Notes under the pieces: model-generated | Databases searched by the model: none | Seen by the model: the letters and a program-made list of their open reading frames with translations, nothing else | What the model was told of the DNA's origin: nothing | Shown here: positions 29,356 through 38,689 of the stretch, piece by piece | How the letters are laid out: each line of letters begins with the position of its first letter | Position numbering within the stretch: the stretch's first letter is position 1 | Translations under genes and position numbers: made by a program | From: Gloeobacterales cyanobacterium | Lineage (GTDB): Bacteria; Cyanobacteriota; Cyanobacteriia; Gloeobacterales; PMM-0068 | Length of the DNA stretch: 64,000 bases | Reading direction: 5' to 3' | Assembly: GCA_038245785.1 (NCBI GenBank) | Contig: JBBRSB010000001.1 | Coordinates: forward strand, 256,001 to 320,000

Positions 29356-32300
29356 TTAAGGAAGAGCGGGTTCTGCAAAATGTGCTGAGACAAGCGTCGC
29401 GGCAGAGGTGTCGAGCGGAGACAGTTCGTTCAGATACACAGGTCCAGAAGGGTGTGCGGGTGTAGGAACTGGAGCTTGGGAAACAGTCGGTGCCGCTGTT
29501 GCAGCATTGGGGGACTCTGTCTGAGGTAGAACAAGCGGTGGCGCTGCTGTTTTAGGCGGCTCTACGGGAGGCAAGGACTTGGCTAGCGGAGACTCCTGCA
29601 GTTGGACGGGAGCAACTTGTTGCAAACCAAAGCCATCAAAGAGTTCATTGACCTTGAGCGTGATGCCCAGATAAGGTCCAGCGGCATAGCGAGTACCACT
29701 GAAATCGCGGTCATTGTTGATACTGCCAAAGCTGTAACCACCCGCCAGGCGAAGATTTGGAGAGAGGTAGTAACCCAGCTCGGCAACGCCGCCGGTTTCG
29801 CTGTAGCCTGCAGTCGGTTGGCTAATCGAGCGAATTTCACCAACTAAGTCGGTATTGTAGCCCAAACGATAACGGGCACGTAGCTGAGCCAGAGAGACCA
29901 TGCTGGAAACAGAGAAATCTTGAGCAAGATTGGTCGTGCTGCTGCGTAGAGCGTACTTGCCGTAGAATTCCCACTGCCAATTCGGTGCATAAATTGCTTC
30001 CAAGGCCAAAGTATGGTCAGCAGAACCCGTACCGCTGCCAAACAAAATCGTGTTCGGAATGACCGATGGATTCTGGCGGTACTCATAGCGCAACAGGGCA
30101 TTGAAACTGTTGTCCTTGGGATTGCGATAGGCCAAGCCTAGTTTCAGGTCCTTCGTGTCCGCCAGTCCAGTCAAGAGTTGATTGGCAGAATTTGCCTGGT
30201 TGTAGCGCAGGAGGGCGGTCAGGGAAGGAGAAAGTTTTCCGGTGACGCCTGCGGTGATAACGGTGTTGTCCCCGGCTCCGCTGGTCCGCTTTTCATAGCG
30301 AGCACTGGCTTTGAAATCAGGATTTGCGGTGTATTCAAAACCGAGGCCGTAGTTGTCTCCGCTTTGGATTCCTAGAGCCGAAGCGCTTTGACCGATGGCA
30401 TAGGGTTGAGCAAACTGAAGCCCTGCGCCTGTATTGGCAAATACGTTACCCAAGACATGTTCATAGTTGAGATTGGCGGTGAGGCCCGCAGAGAGGACCA
30501 AGCGCTGGTTAAGGCCAATCGCTCCTTGGTTAGAAGGACCGTTGGCTCCACTGATCACAGAATAACGTCCGGTCAGAGTTGTATTTTCTGCGAGTTTGTA
30601 ATCGGCCAGGGTATCGAGACTGGTAATCGAGTTGCTGCCAAACTGTCCACCAGAGAAAAATTGCTGGTTCAGTTGGATTCTGATGCCTGGATAAACGGCC
30701 CACTCTAGACCAAGAATCGTGCGGTCAGGATAGCTCAGGTCCTGACGGGGAGAAAGGTTCAGCTCATTCTGCGCCCGGAAGGTTACTTTATCGGTAACCG
30801 GAACGGTCAGTCTGGAACGCAGCTGGCTGGAATTTCCAGCAATATCTGGCTGGAGGCGGTCTTCACGGGTCCGATTGAGCAAATCCACTTCTAATTTGCT
30901 GCTGCCCAGCTGTTGGGCGACGCCTACCGTAAAGGTAGTCAGACTATTGTCCACCTGCATGCCGGGGATGGCGACGGGACCAGGATTGAAGAGGTCCGTA
31001 AAGGTAAGTCGGGGTTGAGGTGCAATTCCCTTATTATCTTCCCGGTCGTACTGCACCTTTACGTTCGTAGTCGGGGAGACCTGAGCCGTCAGGTCCACGC
31101 CATAACGGGTTTGCCCTGGTACAAAACTAATGGTGGCATTATTGGCAAAGCCACTATCGGCAGCACGCAGATAGGCACGGCCTCTGATCTCTTTAGAAAG
31201 TTCTCCGTCGAATTCCACCCGAAAAGCGGAACCGCTGGCCGGACCGACCACTTCCGAATCATTTTGAGAATGGGCATATTCGGCAATTAGCTTGCTGTTG
31301 GGACCGAGCGAGAAGAGGGCATCCGCTCCATAGAGTTCAAACGTGCGGACTCCCTGGTTTTCCTTAACGTAGGTCGTTCCTAGCCAGCTTTCTCGGTTCA
31401 GTTCTTTGGAGAAGTGGTAACGGGCGCGAGCACCGTAAATATTGGCATTTTCTCTACTTTCATATTGATAAGTCGCTACTAAACGACGCACCAAAAGCCG
31501 ACCATCTTGGCCGATTTCTGTCCGCAAGAGGGGGCTGCGGAGCAAGATAGCGCCCCGGTCATAGTCAATGTCATAGTCTGTGCTGCGGGATAGGAGTTTG
31601 CGCTCGATCACCGTGCCGGGACGGTTGATTTCTTCTAGTTCGACGGCAAGCTGTTCACTTCCTGCCAAGAGCAGTCGGCGGGATACAAAGTAGTAGCCAC
31701 TGGTGCCATCGGGAGCAATCGTGTCGCGCTGGAAACCCTGGACATTGTCGCCATAGAGTCCGGTGAGCTGTAGGTTGCCAAAGTTGTAGTTGAGTTTGAG
31801 TCCATGCAGTTGACGGCTGAGGGCGGTCAATTGTTGATTGCTTGTCGAAAATTCTTTCGCCGTATCGTAATCGCCCCACAGAGCAGAGTCTTGGTTGCGT
31901 TCTAAACGAAGGAATAAGCTGTCTTTTGATTGAGCGGTGCGTTCCGTGCTGGAACTATCGCCAAATACGGGATAGGGCTGGTCGCAAGACTGGACATCTT
32001 GGTAGAGGCGACTACTGTCATTGCAATCCAGGTTAAGCGAGCGGCTGTTGTTGTAGGCTCCGGTGAAGAGCCAATCCCCAACTTTACCCGTAGCAAACAC
32101 GGCACTGCGCAGGTCTAGTTTGGTGGTGTTGTTGCGGTCAGGCGGTAGAAAGTCTCGGAAACTACGGTAGTAATCGGTTCCTTGAGCGCCCAGTCGTAAA
32201 TTAACTACGCCCGTGACGAGAGAAGGACGCAAACTGGTCTCGAATTCTAGCTGGGAAGAGGCTGCCAGGTCTGCCGCTCTGGCCTCAACCTTGACTACTT

Positions 32301-32949
32301 GCGCTTCTAAGTTAGAACGTAGATTGGCTACATACTGGCCCTTTTGGACTTTGACCTGGAACCCAGCCTGGTCGGGGTCTGCGTCGGTTCCGGTGAATTC
32401 GCCAGCGCTACTAGTCAGCGTCACCATCGCATCCCGGTCTGAACGATTGCCTTGCTCATCCAGAAGTTGGCCTTCTAGGGTAACGGTTGAACGACCATCG
32501 GCGGGGAGCTTAGCCTGTGCAGACTTGACCGTGATTTTCTTAGGGATACCGCGCACGAATACTTTGACAATGATTTTCTCTCCACCCTTAACCTGGGCCA
32601 CGAGCGTGTTCTCACCCTCTTTCAGGGAAAGGCCATACCAGGTTTGGGTGACCAGGTTGTTTTTGGTATCCGTTTCTGTACGCCCAATCAAGGTACGGTC
32701 TGCTGGGACATCATTGACCAGCAGATCTACGTCTTTGCCCACATCCAGCGGAAACTGTAAGACCACATTCGTTGCCGGAATGTCCACGATTGAATTCGGG
32801 GCAGGATTGAGAATTTTGACGACTCGGCTGGCTGCATTCGGCGGAGTGAGTTCCGTTTGGGCAATGGGCTCTGCTTTGACCACACAGCTAAAGCTCAAGC
32901 TCCCAGCCAGATAGAAGAGAATTCCTGTACGTACTACAGAAGATTTCAT
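29356..32949 (-). CDS. Large outer-membrane protein: periplasmic Ig/invasin-like domains plus a predicted beta-barrel
   Basis: Signal peptide; LPADGRSTVTLEGQLLD invasin-like motif; several hundred residues of alternating amphipathic strands (GARARYHF, YGLGFEY, LGLAYR, ELGYYL); Pro-rich tail. Confidence 0.75.
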   Translation of the reverse strand: MKSSVVRTGILFYLAGSLSFSCVVKAEPIAQTELTPPNAASRVVKILNPAPNSIVDIPATNVVLQFPLDVGKDVDLLVNDVPADRTLIGRTETDTKNNLVTQTWYGLSLKEGENTLVAQVKGGEKIIVKVFVRGIPKKITVKSAQAKLPADGRSTVTLEGQLLDEQGNRSDRDAMVTLTSSAGEFTGTDADPDQAGFQVKVQKGQYVANLRSNLEAQVVKVEARAADLAASSQLEFETSLRPSLVTGVVNLRLGAQGTDYYRSFRDFLPPDRNNTTKLDLRSAVFATGKVGDWLFTGAYNNSRSLNLDCNDSSRLYQDVQSCDQPYPVFGDSSSTERTAQSKDSLFLRLERNQDSALWGDYDTAKEFSTSNQQLTALSRQLHGLKLNYNFGNLQLTGLYGDNVQGFQRDTIAPDGTSGYYFVSRRLLLAGSEQLAVELEEINRPGTVIERKLLSRSTDYDIDYDRGAILLRSPLLRTEIGQDGRLLVRRLVATYQYESRENANIYGARARYHFSKELNRESWLGTTYVKENQGVRTFELYGADALFSLGPNSKLIAEYAHSQNDSEVVGPASGSAFRVEFDGELSKEIRGRAYLRAADSGFANNATISFVPGQTRYGVDLTAQVSPTTNVKVQYDREDNKGIAPQPRLTFTDLFNPGPVAIPGMQVDNSLTTFTVGVAQQLGSSKLEVDLLNRTREDRLQPDIAGNSSQLRSRLTVPVTDKVTFRAQNELNLSPRQDLSYPDRTILGLEWAVYPGIRIQLNQQFFSGGQFGSNSITSLDTLADYKLAENTTLTGRYSVISGANGPSNQGAIGLNQRLVLSAGLTANLNYEHVLGNVFANTGAGLQFAQPYAIGQSASALGIQSGDNYGLGFEYTANPDFKASARYEKRTSGAGDNTVITAGVTGKLSPSLTALLRYNQANSANQLLTGLADTKDLKLGLAYRNPKDNSFNALLRYEYRQNPSVIPNTILFGSGTGSADHTLALEAIYAPNWQWEFYGKYALRSSTTNLAQDFSVSSMVSLAQLRARYRLGYNTDLVGEIRSISQPTAGYSETGGVAELGYYLSPNLRLAGGYSFGSINNDRDFSGTRYAAGPYLGITLKVNELFDGFGLQQVAPVQLQESPLAKSLPPVEPPKTAAPPLVLPQTESPNAATAAPTVSQAPVPTPAHPSGPVYLNELSPLDTSAATLVSAHFAEPALP

Positions 32950-34424
32950 GGTCGTTTTTCCTTGTACGTGGGGGTGACGCCAAAATTCATCCGCACCAAA
33001 CCGCCTGGTTCTAAGTTCACGAAGCGAGACTGACTATTGAGTTCGATAAAATGGATATTTGGGGCGAAGGTATATCCCGGTAGGCTATTGAGGTCTAGAA
33101 CTCCGGTGTGGGGTCCAGAAGTCACATTGGCGACGGAGAACAGACCGTTGGGATCGGTGGTGATGCGGGTGCCATTGTCCATGAAGACCACGGCATTGGG
33201 CACTCCTGGTTCATCAGGCTGCTGTTCGCCGTCAAAGTTTTTGTCTGTAAATACTGTCCCGAGAATCAAACCCCGGTCGGAGAGGATACCAGGACGGATC
33301 TTGAGACGGTAGACAGCAGGGCCACCGCGTACTGGACGGTTGTTGCTTACCCGGCGACCGACTACGGAAGCTGAGTTTTGGCCTGAGCCGCGAATGGCAT
33401 CGGGCGTGAGGGTTGTGGCATAAGCAATGTTGAGACTCATGCCCACAGGAATGGTTGCACCTGTGGCATCTAAGAGGACGGTCGAGCCACTCCGGGTTGC
33501 CGTAACCGCTACGGGGCTACCTGAAACTTCTGCCCGTACGGAGTTTTGCAAGAAGTCAAAACCGAGGGGAAGAGTATCGGTTACCTGGATCGAATCTAGG
33601 GGAGAAGTAGATAAATTTTTGACCTCCACCCGATAGACAATCGTGTCTCCTGTTTCAGCGGTAGCACGATCTCCTATCTTGGTAATTTGGATTTCGTTGG
33701 GTTGGCAAACACTGGTATTGAGGCCAGTTATGAGGATCAATCCAACCGTTGCTGCATCGCCAATCGTAGTGGTATTGGTTGTGGAAACAGTCGGATTGCT
33801 GGTGATCGCTAAGGGATTATTATCTAGAGATGTAGCTTCATAGGTAACGTTGTTGCCCACACGGTTAGTAATTTTTAGAAGAATTCTGCGCTGGCTGTAA
33901 ATACCACCTGTAGGGGGATTGACCACTAGGATATAGGTTCTACCTGTATCCAATTGCCCTCTTCTTGCATCAAAGAGAAAGTTATAGTTGCCCTTGCCAC
34001 TATCAGACAGAAAGAAAGGATTACTGTTTTGCGTATTGGGAGCAGCTCCACCTGGAATGGTATTGCTCAAATCATCGGGTACTTCTGTGCGCGTCAGAGA
34101 TACTAGAGAGCCAAGGTCTGTGCCATTCGGCGTGTCATATAAACTAATACTGAATCCCTTATAGCTGCTCAGCGTTTCTCCATCACAACCTGTTACCCGG
34201 CCTAAGGGATCGATCAATTCAAAGCTGGAGCTATTCTGATTAGAAGCTAAACTGGCCTGAGCATAGCCCTGAGGATCACGATAGACCAGGCTCGCCTGAT
34301 TCCTGAAGGTCGTATTGGTCTGAGCCAAAACAGGTTGAGCTAGGGGTAACATTCCACCTACTAGTAATAGCTGAAAGCAACGTTGTAAGAAATCACTAGA
34401 GCGCTTTTTGCACAAGGAAGCCAC
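32946..34424 (-). CDS. Secreted DUF11 + SdrD-B-like protein (putative anchor/adaptor)
   Basis: Signal ...QPVLA; IQITKIGDRATAETGDTIVY DUF11; GTVFTDKNFDGEQQPDEPGV...TTDPNGLFS SdrD-B-like; 4 bp overlap with the barrel gene. Confidence 0.82.
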   Translation of the reverse strand: MASLCKKRSSDFLQRCFQLLLVGGMLPLAQPVLAQTNTTFRNQASLVYRDPQGYAQASLASNQNSSSFELIDPLGRVTGCDGETLSSYKGFSISLYDTPNGTDLGSLVSLTRTEVPDDLSNTIPGGAAPNTQNSNPFFLSDSGKGNYNFLFDARRGQLDTGRTYILVVNPPTGGIYSQRRILLKITNRVGNNVTYEATSLDNNPLAITSNPTVSTTNTTTIGDAATVGLILITGLNTSVCQPNEIQITKIGDRATAETGDTIVYRVEVKNLSTSPLDSIQVTDTLPLGFDFLQNSVRAEVSGSPVAVTATRSGSTVLLDATGATIPVGMSLNIAYATTLTPDAIRGSGQNSASVVGRRVSNNRPVRGGPAVYRLKIRPGILSDRGLILGTVFTDKNFDGEQQPDEPGVPNAVVFMDNGTRITTDPNGLFSVANVTSGPHTGVLDLNSLPGYTFAPNIHFIELNSQSRFVNLEPGGLVRMNFGVTPTYKEKRP

Positions 34425-34454
34425 TGCTTTTCACTCCGATAAGGCATGAAGAAA

Positions 34455-34484
34455 TTGGGGACACCCTAAGGAAAGTGCCCCCAA
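34455..34484 (-). terminator. Intra-operon stem-loop after the putative major subunit gene
   Basis: Minus strand ttgggggcac-N10-gtgtccccaa, 10 bp stem with one G-U pair, followed by tttctt. Confidence 0.6.
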
Positions 34485-34497
34485 CTGTCTGTTTTAA

Positions 34498-36861
34498 CTA
34501 GTTGATCTTGCGGCGGAAAGTAAACGTTTTGCTTACCCCTGGTCCTATAGGGCCAGTAATGGTATCTACATATTTGGTGACATCCGTAGTTGCGGTTGTC
34601 CCCGCTTGGTCTACGGCGGCAGTAGCGCCTGTGGCACCACTGAAGAAGGTAATCACGGTACCCGTTCCAGAATCACGAGCGGAGCCAAGCACATTGCTGG
34701 TATCAAAGGAACCATTGCTGTCGTTGTCTAGAGCCCAGTTGTTGCCAGTCAATCCACCGATGGTGCCGTTTTCGGTAACCACAATGTCTTTGGCATCCAG
34801 CACCGCATTACTTCCAGAACCTGCTTGCGCTTCTGTGATGTTCTTGTAGGTGATGTTGTACTCGATGATGCTTCCAGGAGGAACATTGCCCGTGATCGCT
34901 GTTCCAGCAGGAACTAGTTCTGTTGCGCCATCGGCCGCTAGAACCCGTGCCGTTTTAGCCAGGGTCATGAAACCGACATAAACCCGGTCAATGGAGGTGT
35001 TCTGAGCATCGGCAGCATCTAAGCCAGCAGGCCCTAGATCGATAAAGGCTGCAACAGGAACAGGAATACCGGTGAAGGTGGGCGCTCCAGCAGGTAGGTC
35101 AACGGATACCCCGTAGTTGGCAATTCCACCGACGGGAATATCTGCGGCAGGAATTACGACGGGGGTCCCGGTAGTGGCAGGAACTCCTCCGGTGTAGGTG
35201 TAGGTTGCGGATTGACTACCGTAGGAGATTGTCACCTTAGTACCATTGGGGATAGTCCCTGCTGCGACGGTAGCAGGTGCTAGGGATATAGGAGTCGTAG
35301 AGGTCCCTGAGTTTTGCACGGTACCAGTGAAAGCTGCAGGGCTAGGGTCGGTTCCGACTAATAGGGCGGCCTTGTTGGTGAAGTCATCGTTATTGCTCGT
35401 AGGACCGATGGCCGTGGGTGCGCCAGAAGGACCATTTAGAACAGTAGAAGGAGGGGCAATCGAGACGAGGTTCGCTTCCCCATCTGGACCTGTACCGGAG
35501 TTATTACCGGGGTCATTGCCGTCGGTCGCGCCTGGGACGCCCGTGTTGGTGGCTGGATCAAAGGGGTCAGCAATAGGACTGGGGCCATCGGTGAAGTTGC
35601 TAGGATTCTGGTCTCCAGATTCGTCGTAGACCAGGATAGTGCCACCGGGAGTGGTACCGAATATTTGAGCCAGGTTACGAACACTGGTACCTGCGGATGT
35701 AACGCCACTGGTAACGACTTGGAAGGAAAATCCGGTGACGGTGGTTCCTGCACTTACTGGGCCATTGTTGATAAAACCGACCCGAGCTACGGTAGTGCCA
35801 GGTACGGTAGTCCAGGCAGCAAGCGTGGAGTTAGGCTTAGTAGCCGTGAGATCTGAGGTGTAGACGGTGGTCCAGCCTGAGGGTGCAACAGGGGTACCTG
35901 CTATCAAAACTGTGCTTACAGGAACAGCATCCGAAACCAAAATCCGAGTGACGGTAGCGCCATCTACGGTGATAGGAGTACCGGCTAAGGGAGCGGCAGA
36001 AAATCCTGTGCTTCCTAGAGGGGCAGCACTGTCTACCCTCAGGCTCAAACTGTAGGTAACCTTGTCATCGGTGAGCGTGCTTGGTGTGCCATTGTCCGTA
36101 TAGGCACTGCCCTTGAGGATGGCCGCGAAGGCTTGAGGGTTACTGCCCACGGTAGCGGTCTGGGTCGCACTGGCTTCACGAGTACCGTTAATCGGAGCGA
36201 AGGCTGCATCGGCAGGAACGGTTCCATCTACGGTAAATACGTCTCCGGCTTGGGAGGTAGCTGCCGTCCGCTCTTGGTTCTGAGCATCTCCGGGGGTGTT
36301 ACCCAATTGAATGGAGATTGCTTGGCCTGTTGTTGCGCCAGGACTGACTTGGATAGGGACTCTTACTTTGATCGTGCCGCCTACAGGAATATCGGCGGTA
36401 GTGAAAGAACCACCGCTAATTGCGACAAACCCGCTGCCCGTATCGACAGACAAGCTCCCATTGATACTGCCAGGACCAGCGGTCACCGTGGCCAGGTTAG
36501 GAATCGTAAATCTTGTTGCGTCGTTACCTGTGTTGGTAATTACGTAGTCATAGTAAAGGACTGAGCCGGGAGTGATAGAGGCTCCGGCCACTGCTGGCGT
36601 AACACCAGCGGAAGTAAGCGTCATACCCGCAACTTCTGCGACGGTGACGGTGACAGTATTGGAAGTGGTAGGGGGCTGCGCTACGCCTGCGTTGTCAGAG
36701 TAGGTAGCTTGGGCCGTGTTGCTGATAGTAGTACCAGCCGTAGTGCCAGAAGCCCAAGCGGCGGGAGCCAACTGTAGGATACTACTCACGAGAAAAGTAG
36801 CGGCCAGCAAACCACTACTGTGACTCCTTGGTGTTTTGGATAGCTTTTCGAGAAGACGCAT
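34498..36861 (-). CDS. Secreted Thr/Gly-rich multi-Ig protein, putative major filament subunit
   Basis: Signal ...PAAWA; mature N-terminus SGTTAGTTISNTAQATY; C-terminal DUF11-like domain MTLAKT...PGSIIEYNITYKN ending FTFRRKIN. Confidence 0.82.
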   Translation of the reverse strand: MRLLEKLSKTPRSHSSGLLAATFLVSSILQLAPAAWASGTTAGTTISNTAQATYSDNAGVAQPPTTSNTVTVTVAEVAGMTLTSAGVTPAVAGASITPGSVLYYDYVITNTGNDATRFTIPNLATVTAGPGSINGSLSVDTGSGFVAISGGSFTTADIPVGGTIKVRVPIQVSPGATTGQAISIQLGNTPGDAQNQERTAATSQAGDVFTVDGTVPADAAFAPINGTREASATQTATVGSNPQAFAAILKGSAYTDNGTPSTLTDDKVTYSLSLRVDSAAPLGSTGFSAAPLAGTPITVDGATVTRILVSDAVPVSTVLIAGTPVAPSGWTTVYTSDLTATKPNSTLAAWTTVPGTTVARVGFINNGPVSAGTTVTGFSFQVVTSGVTSAGTSVRNLAQIFGTTPGGTILVYDESGDQNPSNFTDGPSPIADPFDPATNTGVPGATDGNDPGNNSGTGPDGEANLVSIAPPSTVLNGPSGAPTAIGPTSNNDDFTNKAALLVGTDPSPAAFTGTVQNSGTSTTPISLAPATVAAGTIPNGTKVTISYGSQSATYTYTGGVPATTGTPVVIPAADIPVGGIANYGVSVDLPAGAPTFTGIPVPVAAFIDLGPAGLDAADAQNTSIDRVYVGFMTLAKTARVLAADGATELVPAGTAITGNVPPGSIIEYNITYKNITEAQAGSGSNAVLDAKDIVVTENGTIGGLTGNNWALDNDSNGSFDTSNVLGSARDSGTGTVITFFSGATGATAAVDQAGTTATTDVTKYVDTITGPIGPGVSKTFTFRRKIN

Positions 36862-37417
36862 ATAGATGATGTGCCAGTGGATACAAAATCAAGCATTCCT
36901 CCGTATATCTCCTGATTTGTAAAGATTTTGTGAACTTCGTAATGACTACCTATGGCAAGATTGCGACAGAAACTATCTTCCTTTTATCTATAAATTGTTT
37001 GTATCTTGACAATCCAAATGGGGCACTTACGCTTACGATAGTTTGTAGTCGTTAGTGGAAAGCCTACAGGAAGAGACTTTAACTGTTTCATGTCAATACA
37101 GTTGATGATGTTTAAAAGTTGGGAAGCGCCATCGTATCCTAGAAATCTCTACAGGAGAGAAGAAAAACCCGTTCCCTAATTTACGGATAGGCTACTTACC
37201 CTATAAGGGTGATAGAAACTGGCTTCATTCTCTATATAGGTTATAAACAGTTTCTGCAACACCCCTGATGTTTGCCAATTAGGGTATGTGTGTTAGCAAT
37301 CTCTCTGATGCCTCGCAGCACAGCAGAAATCCCGTCACTAGTCCATTACACGTTCTCCATATGGGGTAAGCAGCAGTTTCAACTAGAATGTGGTTAATAC
37401 TGAATTGGCTAAGACCT

Positions 37418-37702
37418 ATGCCCAAAGCGATCTGGAATGGTGTAACTCTGGCAGAGAGCGCTCAATGTGAGCAGGTGGAGGGAAACTATTATTTCCCTGC
37501 GGACTCGATCAAGCAGGAGTATTTCAAAGAAAGCTCTACCCACACAACCTGCCCCTGGAAGGGGGTTGCCAGCTACTACAACGTGGAAGTGGATGGTCAG
37601 GTGAACAAGGACGCAGCCTGGTACTACCCCACGGCTAAAGATGCCGCCAAAAATATCCAGGGCCATATCGCTTTCTGGAAAGGCGTAAAAGTCGAGAAGT
37701 AA
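37418..37702 (+). CDS. DUF427-family protein
   Basis: MPKAIWNG, VEGNYYFP, TCPWKGVASYY, AAWYYP, IAFWKGV. Confidence 0.9.
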   Translation: MPKAIWNGVTLAESAQCEQVEGNYYFPADSIKQEYFKESSTHTTCPWKGVASYYNVEVDGQVNKDAAWYYPTAKDAAKNIQGHIAFWKGVKVEK

Positions 37703-37747
37703 GGCCTGACAGTCTTTGCTGCTAAAGACCAGGACCATGGCTCTCTC

Positions 37748-37775
37748 GTAAGGGCGCATCGCGATGCGCCCTTAC
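37748..37775. repeat. REP-like perfect palindrome
   Basis: gtaagggcgcatcg|cgatgcgcccttac, 28 bp perfect palindrome. Confidence 0.8.
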
Positions 37776-37985
37776 CTATACGGAGGACTATCGCTGCGAT
37801 GTAGAGACCAGCGCGCTTGGGAGCGGTCTAGAAACTCCACCTATCCCAGAAAATGACCAAAAAGTGAGTACTTTTTGGTCTGGAAAGAGCATTTAACCCC
37901 CTAGAGAATGTGGATACCGATTCTGTACGCCGTTCAAAAGCAGTCAATGAATCGCTACGTTACCCACATCTTTAGGAAATACACT

Positions 37986-38609
37986 ATGGAAACGCCTACT
38001 TCCTCTCGGCGCGATGTTCTTGTGAAGGGAGCTGCCGCTGGTTTGACAGGAGTTTTGGGCATAGTTGCTATTGCGCGTCCGTCGATGGCAGCGACCGATC
38101 AAGAAAAAGATGCCGCTATCCTCAATGCTGCTATCGACTTAGAAAACCAAGCGATCTGGGCCTATGGAGTCGCTGGTGGAAAACTCAGCAGTACAGACGT
38201 CGGAAAAACGATTCTGGCTTTGGCCCTCCGCAACCAAGCAGACCACAAAAAACACCGAGATGCTTTAGCGGCGGTAGTCAAGAGCTTGGGTAAAACGCCT
38301 GCTCCTGCCAAACAGAGCTATGACCTCTCTACCTATATCAAGGCAGGGGAAGGCAATCTAAACTCCGATGCCAATATTGGCAAACTGGCCTTGGCCCTGG
38401 AAATTGATGCCGTTCTCGCCTATGGGGACGCCTTCAGCAAACTGAAAACCCCTGCCATTCTCGCCGCAGCCGGAACAATCGCTCCCGATGAAGCCGCCCA
38501 TGCAACGGCAATCCGGGCTGTATTCAAAACCCTAATCCCCTCCCTCGAATACGTGCCAGCCGCTTTTATCAGCGCTGATACGCGCAAGGATTGGATCTTG
38601 AAAGTCTAG
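37986..38609 (+). CDS. Tat-exported ferritin-like protein
   Basis: SRRDVL twin-arginine signal; LENQAIWAY, DHKKH, LEIDAVLAY, DEAAH helix-bundle ligands. Confidence 0.8.
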   Translation: METPTSSRRDVLVKGAAAGLTGVLGIVAIARPSMAATDQEKDAAILNAAIDLENQAIWAYGVAGGKLSSTDVGKTILALALRNQADHKKHRDALAAVVKSLGKTPAPAKQSYDLSTYIKAGEGNLNSDANIGKLALALEIDAVLAYGDAFSKLKTPAILAAAGTIAPDEAAHATAIRAVFKTLIPSLEYVPAAFISADTRKDWILKV

Positions 38610-38689
38610 AGCTTTTGAAATTTGATGCTGATCTTGTTGGGTTATGCGCCTAGGTACTTCCCCCTGGGCGTTTTCTTGAGGAACTTTTA

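Noticed and set aside
29079..29393. N-terminal 105 aa of the listed 982 aa ORF
   Set aside because: Runs through a hairpin repeat and overlaps the barrel gene; ATG 29078 has an RBS and precedes the signal peptide
36862..37417. Long intergenic region upstream of the filament cluster as a c-di-GMP riboswitch or invertible switch
   Set aside because: No GEMM consensus, flanking inverted repeats or recombinase gene seen by eye; an Rfam/Infernal scan would be decisive
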